Made by a program: the position numbers and the translations under genes | The notes under the pieces: generated by a model | What the model was told of the DNA's origin: nothing | What the model saw: only the letters and a program-made list of their open reading frames with translations | The model's database searches: none | Part shown: positions 55,107 to 62,391 of the stretch, piece after piece | Position numbering within the stretch: the first letter of the stretch is position 1 | How the letters are laid out: each line of letters opens with the position of its first letter | Assembly: GCA_964416195.1 (NCBI GenBank) | Contig: CAYQDB010000008.1 | Span: forward strand, 76,015 to 140,014 | Reading direction: 5' to 3' | Source: an uncultured Ignavibacteriales bacterium | Lineage (GTDB): Bacteria; Zixibacteria; MSB-5A5; GN15; FEB-12 | Length of the DNA: 64,000 bases

Positions 55107-56014
55107 AGCTGCTTGACTTCTTCTTTGCAGCGCGGCCGATGCTGCATTTGCCGATCTGGTCAATCTATCTTGTGACGCTCTCTTGCAAGCAGGAAGCTAC
55201 CGGTGGCGGCTTTGGGTGGTCGCATGTCGGCCTGATGGTCGGTCTCAGTCTACTGGCAGCGGGGGCCTATTACATTAACCAGGTTTATGATTATGACTCC
55301 GACAGGATTAACAGGAAGCTCGGTTTCTTGCAAGAGGGTTTGCTCAGCAAGAGAGGCTTGACAGTGGCGTATCTGGTTGTCTCCGTAGCCGCCGCAGTGT
55401 GTGCCCTGCTGTATTCTTTTGTTATTTTTGCAGTCTTTCTGCAGCTTTTCGCGCTTGGATATCTTTACTCGGCGCCGCCGGTGCGGTTTAAGGATCGTCC
55501 GATCACCGGCCTGTTGGCCAATGCCTACGGATTTGGGTTCCTGGTGCCGTTTGCTATAGCACCAGAATTTAGTCTCCGCGACGCAGGTCTGTTTGGCTGG
55601 GACAAACCAGTTTATTTCTTTCTGGCGGTGGCGGCTATCTACCTGCTGACCACCCTGCCTGATCGGAAGGGCGATGAGGCAATCGGCAAGCGGACAATAG
55701 GTGTTGTATTGAGACCCACGATTGTCAAACTGCTTGCCTTTCTATCGATGGTCCTTGCTGCTTACGTCGCCGTGAGGTCCCAGCGAAACTTTCTGATCCT
55801 TTTAGCTTTGGTTTCTTCGCTGCCGATGCTGGTAACTCTGTTCGTTCAGTTGGAGAGGCTTGAGCTTTTTGCCACCAAACTGCCGATCCTGTTGCTCACT
55901 CTCCTTGCGGGATATTTTTATCCCGGTTACTTGGTATTTATCATTGTCTTATTGATCTCCTGTCGAATATATTACAAGAGACGGTTTGGTCTTGTATACC
56001 CTAAGTTAGTATGA
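55103..56014 (+). CDS. UbiA-superfamily aromatic/isoprenoid prenyltransferase, substrate unknown
   Basis: The ATG at 55103 overlaps the cdsA stop (ATGA). Asp-rich motifs 'NQVYDYDSDRIN' and 'LPDRKGDEAIGKRT'. About 8-9 TM helices. The ORF-track start at 54974 lies inside cdsA. Confidence 0.8.
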   Translation: MKLLDFFFAARPMLHLPIWSIYLVTLSCKQEATGGGFGWSHVGLMVGLSLLAAGAYYINQVYDYDSDRINRKLGFLQEGLLSKRGLTVAYLVVSVAAAVCALLYSFVIFAVFLQLFALGYLYSAPPVRFKDRPITGLLANAYGFGFLVPFAIAPEFSLRDAGLFGWDKPVYFFLAVAAIYLLTTLPDRKGDEAIGKRTIGVVLRPTIVKLLAFLSMVLAAYVAVRSQRNFLILLALVSSLPMLVTLFVQLERLELFATKLPILLLTLLAGYFYPGYLVFIIVLLISCRIYYKRRFGLVYPKLV

Positions 56015-56018
56015 CTCC

Positions 56019-56525
56019 ATGAGGCGATGTTGCACATACGGTTTTGTTATTCTGTTCGCGGGTTTGGTGGGGTGCACTTCCTACCCGCGCTATCGGACGG
56101 GTGGGCCGGAAAAGCCGCTGCAGAACGTCTGGACGGATGACGAGCTTACAACCAACGATTATGTTCGATTTGGTCTGATCCTTCAACAATATCTCGGCAA
56201 GCCGTATCGAGGGAAATCTATTTTTGTTCGCGGCGTTGACTGTTCATTGTTTGCCCGTGAGGTGTTCGAGCAGTTTGACAAGACGGAGCTTCCGCACACG
56301 GTGCGTGAACAGTACAAAATGGGAAAGGAAATTGCGCGTAGTCACCTTGCCTTTGGAGACCTCGTCTTTTTCAAGACGGAACGAAACAAGGTCTCCCATG
56401 TCGGTATCTATGTAGGCAACAATCGGTTTGTTCATGCATCCACTTCGCGTGGAGTTATTATCAGCAGTTTGAGTGAGAAATACTGGGCTGAGAAATACGC
56501 CGGAGCTCGGCGAGTTCTCGAATAG
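56019..56525 (+). CDS. NlpC/P60 (C40) family cell-wall peptidase lipoprotein
   Basis: Lipobox 'FAGLVGCTS'. Catalytic 'GVDCSLFAREVF' and 'SHVGIYVGNNRFVHAS'. Confidence 0.88.
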   Translation: MRRCCTYGFVILFAGLVGCTSYPRYRTGGPEKPLQNVWTDDELTTNDYVRFGLILQQYLGKPYRGKSIFVRGVDCSLFAREVFEQFDKTELPHTVREQYKMGKEIARSHLAFGDLVFFKTERNKVSHVGIYVGNNRFVHASTSRGVIISSLSEKYWAEKYAGARRVLE

Positions 56526-56559
56526 GCTCCCATCATCGGTGCTCTCTGAATCATACGTT

Positions 56560-58392
56560 ATGTCACGAGTTACTCCGGAATTTGAACTGAAGTTGAAAAA
56601 CCTCCCCATCTCCCCGGGGGTCTACATGTTCAAGGGTGCGGTGGGGAGAATCATCTATATCGGTAAAGCCAAGAACCTTCGTAACCGGGTGCGCACCTAT
56701 TTCCAATCACGTGATCGTCTCGATTCCAAGACAAGTCGAATGGTTTCGCAGGTTGTCGATTTGGATCTTATGGAAACCCGCAACGATATCGAAGCTTTGA
56801 TTCTTGAGGCCAACCTTGTACACGAGTACAAACCGCGCTACAATATCTCGCTTAAGGATGACAAGCACTTCCCGTATATCAAGATTACCACCAACGAGCC
56901 TTTCCCGCGTGTTTTGGTTGTTAGGAAACTGGCCAAGGACGGCGCGACTTATTTTGGGCCGTACACCAATGCCAAAGCAATGCGTAAAACGATCTCGTTT
57001 TTAACGGCCCTTTTCAATATTCGCACCTGTAACTTGACGATTCCACATCCCCAGGGGAAAGCGCAGAAGGTCTGTCTTGACTATCATATCAAGAGATGTG
57101 GTGGCCCGTGCGAAGGATTGCAGACTGAGGAGGAGTACGGGGAGCAGGTTGAGTCACTTATTCTGGCGTTATCCGGGAAGTCTCAGAAGTTGATTAACCG
57201 TCTCACCGAAAAGATGCAGCATGCCTCTGAAGCGATGGAGTTTGAGGAAGCAGCCTCATATCGCGATCAGATTGAGGCTATCAGGTCGGTGATGAGAAAG
57301 CAAAGCGTCGATATCGGCGAATGCGTGGACCGTGATGTTGTCTCCATTGCCCGTGAAGAAAAAGATGCGGTGGCGGTTGTTATGCAAATTCGCGAGGGGG
57401 TGCTCATCGGCCGGCAGGATTTTCAACTGGTGGGCCATGTTGACGACAGTGATGAAACTGTGCTGGAAACATTTCTAACGCAGTATTACAATCATCAACC
57501 CAACCTCCCAGAGCAGATCTTTCTGCCGTTTCATCTGCCTGATACCAAGCTCATGGAAGGCTGGCTGAAGCAGGTGAAGGGTTCGAGAGTTGCCGTCGTT
57601 ACACCAAAGATCGGACCGAAGGTAAAACTCGTCGATCTGGCGGCGCGCAATGCGCGGCTTCTGCTGGACGAGCTACTCATCCAGAAAAGAAAGCAGATGG
57701 AACGGACCAGTAAGATGGTCGCCGGCCTCAAAGATGAACTGAAACTTCCCCGTGCCCCACGTCGCATTGTCTGCTTTGATATTTCCAATACGGGTGAAAC
57801 AGACGCTGTCGGTTCGTGCATCTATTTTGAAAACGCACGGCCGAAAAAAACGGGTTACCGTCATTTCAAGATAAAGGGAGTCACGGGACAGGATGATTTC
57901 AAGATGATGCGGGAGGTGATCGGGCGTTACTTCCATCGCATCAACGAGGAACAATCTGAACCGCCGGATTTGGTGGTGGTGGACGGTGGCAAGGGACAAC
58001 TGTCGGCAGCGCTGGCTGAACTAGCTTTTCTCGGCTTTGATGACCAGCCGGTTCTGGCTCTGGCGAAACGACTGGAGGAAGTTTTCCTGCCGGGAACCTC
58101 GGACTCCATCGTCATAAACAGAAGTTCCCCGGCGCTGATTCTGTTGAAGCAGCTTCGGGATGAAGCGCACCGCTTTGCCATAACCTACGGTCGCAAGGTG
58201 CGCACCAAGCGCACTATCAAATCTGCTTTGGACGATATTCCCGGCATCGGCCCAGCTAAGAGAGAGCTGCTGTTTAAGACTTTTGGGTCGGTGGATCGCA
58301 TCAAGCAGTCTTCTGTTGATGAACTGACAAAGATAAAGGGCATAAGTCCTAAGCTGGCCCAACAAATTCTAAGAGCTTTGTCAAACCGGTAG
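56560..58392 (+). CDS. uvrC: Excinuclease ABC subunit C
   Basis: GIY-YIG 'PGVYMFKG..GRIIYIGKAKNLRNRVRTYF'. UVR domain 'FEEAASYRDQIEAI'. C-terminal (HhH)2 'IPGIGPAKRELL'. The ATG at 56560 is preferred, because the ORF-track start at 56473 overlaps the upstream gene. Confidence 0.96.
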   Translation: MSRVTPEFELKLKNLPISPGVYMFKGAVGRIIYIGKAKNLRNRVRTYFQSRDRLDSKTSRMVSQVVDLDLMETRNDIEALILEANLVHEYKPRYNISLKDDKHFPYIKITTNEPFPRVLVVRKLAKDGATYFGPYTNAKAMRKTISFLTALFNIRTCNLTIPHPQGKAQKVCLDYHIKRCGGPCEGLQTEEEYGEQVESLILALSGKSQKLINRLTEKMQHASEAMEFEEAASYRDQIEAIRSVMRKQSVDIGECVDRDVVSIAREEKDAVAVVMQIREGVLIGRQDFQLVGHVDDSDETVLETFLTQYYNHQPNLPEQIFLPFHLPDTKLMEGWLKQVKGSRVAVVTPKIGPKVKLVDLAARNARLLLDELLIQKRKQMERTSKMVAGLKDELKLPRAPRRIVCFDISNTGETDAVGSCIYFENARPKKTGYRHFKIKGVTGQDDFKMMREVIGRYFHRINEEQSEPPDLVVVDGGKGQLSAALAELAFLGFDDQPVLALAKRLEEVFLPGTSDSIVINRSSPALILLKQLRDEAHRFAITYGRKVRTKRTIKSALDDIPGIGPAKRELLFKTFGSVDRIKQSSVDELTKIKGISPKLAQQILRALSNR

Positions 58393-58650
58393 AGCAGTAG
58401 GGCAGGATCCATGCGATCCTGCCACTTGGCACTAAGATAAAAGGTATAAGCCACCATTGGAACAGTTGTACAGTGACAATCACGAATTTGAAGAGGGTCA
58501 CCTGACCGACAGTTATTATTCCCCTCTTCAGAGGGGTGCCCGAAGGGTGGGGTATGTTCCTGCGTACGAGTGATTACACACCCCCGAATCCCCTCTCAAG
58601 AGGGGACTTTTGTCGAGCCACCCGTCGGAACCGCAGGGGTTCCGACCTAC
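58393..58650 (+). repeat. Composite REP array, left direct-repeat copy flanking the island
   Basis: Module A 58393-58431 'AGCAGTAGGGCAGGATCCATGCGATCCTGCCACTTGGCAC'. Module B 58521-58650 'CCCCTCTTCAGAGGGGTGCCCGAAGGGTGGGG...ACACACCCCCGAATCCCCTCTCAAGAGGGGACTTTTGTCGAGCCACCCGTCGGAACCGCAGGGGTTCCGACCTAC'. Both recur in the same order and orientation at 59831-59986. Confidence 0.9.
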
Positions 58651-58957
58651 AGTAATGCTTACGATGCTCCCAGTGTTATAACCACAGGTGCATAACGAGA
58701 GCATACCTGGAGTTAAAGCATCCTATAATCCGCTAAAGGCGGGAGGATGCCACCCGGTCGGTACTTTACGGCTCTCGCCTTATGGTGCTGGGTCTGTACC
58801 TGCTTACATGCATGCGAAAGATGCAGTTCTCCGGTAAAGGGGAACAAGCAGGAATTAGAGCAAGGTCAATAGAGAATTTGCGGGGGTGGACAAAATCTCA
58901 CTTTACCCACCGCCGGTCAAAGGCCCGGCCCGCGACGGGCAAGTGGTGGGGCACACG

Positions 58958-59440
58958 TTAAAAAACCAAATGGCCCGCATTATTTAGCTCTTGCCCTATG
59001 GCCATGTATTTCTGAGTCGCAGATTGGTATGTTCGTTCGGCATCTTGATATACCTTCCAACTTACAGGGTTATCGTGACCGCCTTTACTGCGCTCATTTA
59101 GCAATCTCTGTCTCTCAACGAGTGCAACAACTGTCTCATATACGGCTCGGGCATATCGACTGAGAATCTCAAAATAATATCTTTCATCTTCATCCATTGA
59201 AAAATTTGCATCACGACCGAATGAGGCAATCTTCTCACTAATACCATTCCATAAGGGAATTAACGACTCTGCATCTTGAAGTAATTGCGACATGGGAACA
59301 GCACGACCAAATATATTTTTCAGAAAACTTTTGAAGGTAGCTGCCTCTTTGAAAATTTTGTCATGAATTGTGATGTATGCCGTTAATCCATCATTCACCG
59401 AATAAGCTAGATTTTTGATTTGTTCTCGACAATTACTCAT
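58958..59440 (-). CDS. Hypothetical all-helical protein in an AT-rich island
   Basis: 160-aa ORF in a visibly AT-rich segment, where long ORFs are unlikely by chance. TATAAT lies about 24 nt upstream of the ATG. No recognisable motif. Confidence 0.55.
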   Translation of the reverse strand: MSNCREQIKNLAYSVNDGLTAYITIHDKIFKEAATFKSFLKNIFGRAVPMSQLLQDAESLIPLWNGISEKIASFGRDANFSMDEDERYYFEILSRYARAVYETVVALVERQRLLNERSKGGHDNPVSWKVYQDAERTYQSATQKYMAIGQELNNAGHLVF

Positions 59441-59463
59441 AGAGTATACCTAACAATAATTAT

Positions 59464-59501
59464 ACAGCCTGTATAAAACGGCAAACACAGGCTGTTTTTT
59501 T
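59464..59501 (+). terminator. Orphan plus-strand rho-independent terminator
   Basis: Perfect 9-bp stem ACAGCCTGT / ACAGGCTGT followed by a T7 run. No plus-strand CDS lies upstream of it. Confidence 0.6.
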
Positions 59502-59718
59502 CTGTATAAGAAGTTGCCGTGGCCCCTTGTCTTGCATTCTAAGCTCTTTCAAATCAACCCTTAGCTGATTGTTCGACAATCTCGAGTGCCGGTTCACACA
59601 ATCCCCGCTTCGGCGGCGTCGAACCGCCATCATTATCATACTGTGCATGAAATAAATGGATTCCGTACAATCGTCAAGCTACATTTATAGTAGAATCTTG
59701 AAAACGAGGCGGATAAAT

Positions 59719-59830
59719 ATGCCCCGAGAAAAAACGATTTATAAGAAGCCCAAGATGATTCACATTCGGCTAAGCGGGGATCTGTACCAGCAGTTAAAGC
59801 AGGTCAGACCAACTTGGTCAATGAGACATA
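59719..59830 (+). pseudogene. Possible remnant of a ribbon-helix-helix (CopG/Arc-like) gene truncated by the repeat array
   Basis: 'MPREKTIYKKPKMIHIRLSGDLYQQLKQ' resembles an RHH beta-strand plus helix 1. The frame then runs into repeat module A. The +2 frame reads 'KAGQTNLVNET*'. Confidence 0.25.
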
Positions 59831-59986
59831 AGCAGAGTAGGGCAGGATCCTTGCGATCCTGCCACTTGGTACTGTCCGGTCTGTACCCCGATGGGTGGGG
59901 TACGAGTGATTACACACCCCTGAATCCCCTCTCAAGAGGGGACTTTTGTCAGGCCACCCGTTGGAGCCGCAGGGGTTCCGACCTAC
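59831..59986 (+). repeat. Composite REP array, right direct-repeat copy flanking the island
   Basis: 'AGCAGAGTAGGGCAGGATCCTTGCGATCCTGCCACTTGGTAC' followed by '...GGGTGGGGTACGAGTGATTACACACCCCTGAATCCCCTCTCAAGAGGGGACTTTTGTCAGGCCACCCGTTGGAGCCGCAGGGGTTCCGACCTAC'. Confidence 0.9.
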
Positions 59987-60032
59987 TGAATTAAGTATTG
60001 CGCGCTGCCTGCCATCGCCTTTATACTCCTAT

Positions 60033-61244
60033 ATGCAAACACAACCACAGACATACACTGTCTCCCAGATCACCCGATTGATCAAGACCACTCTCGAACA
60101 GTCGTATCAGGACATTTGGGTCGAGGGTGAGATTTCGAACTACCACCTGCACTCCTCTGGCCACCGGTATTTCAACCTCAAGGATGAGCATGCGGTTATC
60201 AGAGTCACGATCTGGCGGTCAATCGGAGCATATCTCAAGTTTGAACCGGAGGATGGTCAGAAAGTGCTGGCCTACGGCGATATCAGTGTCTACGAAAAAG
60301 GGGGCAGCTATCAGCTCAATTGCCGCAAACTGGTACCGGTAGGGGTTGGGGAATTAGAGCTTGCTTTCCGGCAGCTTTATGAGAAGCTCTCTGCCGAAGG
60401 GCTATTTGATGAAGACCGCAAAAAGGAGATTCCGCCGTACGTTTTGAAGATCGGTATTGTCACCTCTCCAACCGGCGCGACTGTTCGGGATATTATCCAA
60501 ATCGCACAGCGGCGTAATGATTCGATTGAGCTGGTTATCTACCCGGCGCAGGTTCAGGGCGATGGAGCTGAACATACGATAGCCGCTGGTATTGAGTATT
60601 TCAACAGCCGCAATGATATCGATGTCATAATTACCGGAAGGGGTGGTGGTTCGCTTGAAGATATCTGGCCGTTCAATACCGAGACTGTCGTAAGAGCTAT
60701 CGCGGTATCAAGGCTGCCTGTTATCTCGGCTGTCGGTCATGAAGTTGACGTTACCCTTTCTGATCTTGTTGCCGATCTCCGTGCTCCCACCCCGTCGGCT
60801 GCGGCGGAACTGGCCGTTTGGTCCAAGGGGGAATTTCTGGAAGCTATCCGTGCAAATCTGATAAGACAGGCCGGTCTGTTAAACAGCATGGTTGCTGGCG
60901 CACGTCAGAGTCTGTCAGCGCTTCTCAGCCGGCCCGTTTTCAGGAGACCCTACGACATTGTCCTGCAGCGCCAGCAGTACCTGGATGGCCTGGCTCGACG
61001 TCTGGACACTGCAGGAAAAAACAGTTTTGAAAAGCATAGGAACCGTTTATCTTTGTCTTTGTCGCGGCTGGATACGCTGTCGCCTTTGAAGATTCTTGCA
61101 CGTGGGTATTCAGTAAGCCGGAAGTTGCCTGAAGGAAGGCTCATAAAATCTGTCGGGGATATCTCTCCTGGTGACAGAATGGAAACGATCCTGCCCGATG
61201 GGCATGTAGTGTCTTCGGTTGAGGATGTTGTCGGGAAACGGTAG
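60033..61244 (+). CDS. xseA: Exodeoxyribonuclease VII large subunit
   Basis: 'YTVSQITRLIKTTLEQSYQDIWVEGEISN' OB-fold N-terminus, 'GIVTSPTGATVRDI' and 'RGGGSLEDIWPFN'. The ORF-track start at 59946 lies within the repeat, so the ATG at 60033 is preferred. Confidence 0.94.
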   Translation: MQTQPQTYTVSQITRLIKTTLEQSYQDIWVEGEISNYHLHSSGHRYFNLKDEHAVIRVTIWRSIGAYLKFEPEDGQKVLAYGDISVYEKGGSYQLNCRKLVPVGVGELELAFRQLYEKLSAEGLFDEDRKKEIPPYVLKIGIVTSPTGATVRDIIQIAQRRNDSIELVIYPAQVQGDGAEHTIAAGIEYFNSRNDIDVIITGRGGGSLEDIWPFNTETVVRAIAVSRLPVISAVGHEVDVTLSDLVADLRAPTPSAAAELAVWSKGEFLEAIRANLIRQAGLLNSMVAGARQSLSALLSRPVFRRPYDIVLQRQQYLDGLARRLDTAGKNSFEKHRNRLSLSLSRLDTLSPLKILARGYSVSRKLPEGRLIKSVGDISPGDRMETILPDGHVVSSVEDVVGKR

Positions 61245-61251
61245 GAATAGC

Positions 61252-61497
61252 ATGGCTGTCAGAAAAAAGCCGAGGGATTTTGAGTCGGCGATTGAGAGAC
61301 TCGAGGAAATTACGGACAAATTGGAAGCAGGCGAGACGTCGCTTGAAGATTCGATAAGTCTATATACGGAGGGGCTTGAGATTGTTAAGTACTGTGAGAA
61401 AGAACTGGTTGGAGCAGAAAAGAAAATCAAGATAATCCGCGAAAAAAACGATCTGCTATCCGAGGAAGAATTTGATAAAGAAACAGGGGGCGAATAA
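61252..61497 (+). CDS. xseB: Exodeoxyribonuclease VII small subunit
   Basis: 'FESAIERLEEITDKLEAGETSLEDSISLYTEGLEIVKYC'. Confidence 0.9.
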   Translation: MAVRKKPRDFESAIERLEEITDKLEAGETSLEDSISLYTEGLEIVKYCEKELVGAEKKIKIIREKNDLLSEEEFDKETGGE

Positions 61498-62381
61498 TGC
61501 CGGCTCAAACAATGGATGTCCAACTTTACTTGCAAGAAAAGCGACAACTCGTTGACCAGCTTCTTGATAGGCATCTCCCATCCGCCGCGGTGGAGCCGAG
61601 ATCGCTCCACGCTGCAATGCGATACTCAGTCATGGCCGGTGGAAAGCGTCTGCGACCGATTCTCGCCTTGACTGCATATGAGTACTGTGGGGGAGACATC
61701 ACGAGTGAAGATCGGTTGATCCATTATGCAGCGGCGGCGCTGGAGATGGTTCACACTTACTCCTTGATCCACGATGATCTGCCCTGTATGGACGACGACG
61801 ATCTGCGGCGGGGCAAGCCCACCTGTCACAAAAAGTTTGGTGAGGCTGTTGCCGTGCTGGCAGGAGATGCCCTTCATGATCTCGCCTTCGGTTTGATTGC
61901 CCAAACTGGTTCGGCTCAGGCGGTGACGGAGTTGGCGCAAGCGATCGGTACCGGAGGTATGCTGGGCGGTCAGATCGCTGATGTGGAGGCGGAAGGTCGG
62001 GATGTTTCCCGCGATGATATTGTGTATATCCACAAGCGAAAGACCGCTGCCCTCATCCGGTGTTCGGTAAGGCTCGGCGCTATCCTGGCTGGAGCGGATA
62101 CAAAACTGCTGTCAAGGCTTACAACGTATGGGGAGAAAGTCGGTCTTGCGTTTCAGATAATCGATGACATCCTTGATATCGAGGGGAACCGGAAATTGCT
62201 GGGAAAGAATACAGGTTCCGATCGTAAAAAACAGAAAGCAACTTACCCTAAGGTAATGGGCCTGGAGCAGGCTCACCGGGACGCGGAACAGCTTATTGAT
62301 GAATCTGTAGCAATCTTTGATACGGGCGATGAGAATATGCTGAAGTATCTGGCTGTCTATGTCGGCCAGAGGCGATATTGA
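61497..62381 (+). CDS. ispA: Short-chain (E)-polyprenyl diphosphate synthase (FPP/GGPP synthase)
   Basis: FARM 'LIHDDLPCMDDDDLRRGKPT' and SARM 'FQIIDDILD'. xseB-ispA-dxs synteny as in E. coli. Confidence 0.92.
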   Translation: MPAQTMDVQLYLQEKRQLVDQLLDRHLPSAAVEPRSLHAAMRYSVMAGGKRLRPILALTAYEYCGGDITSEDRLIHYAAAALEMVHTYSLIHDDLPCMDDDDLRRGKPTCHKKFGEAVAVLAGDALHDLAFGLIAQTGSAQAVTELAQAIGTGGMLGGQIADVEAEGRDVSRDDIVYIHKRKTAALIRCSVRLGAILAGADTKLLSRLTTYGEKVGLAFQIIDDILDIEGNRKLLGKNTGSDRKKQKATYPKVMGLEQAHRDAEQLIDESVAIFDTGDENMLKYLAVYVGQRRY

Positions 62382-62391
62382 CCTGTTTAAT

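Noticed and set aside
58626-58650. tRNA-like T-arm ('GGGGTTCCGACC'), also seen at 4631-4649 and 59964-59986
   Set aside because: It is a simple hairpin (GGAACC/GGTTCC). No acceptor, D or anticodon arms can be built around it, and it belongs to the repeat family.
59656-59994. 112-aa plus-strand ORF upstream of xseA
   Set aside because: The second half is a translation of repeat modules A and B. Only the short N-terminal part (59719 onward) might be a gene remnant, and that part is reported separately as a low-confidence pseudogene.
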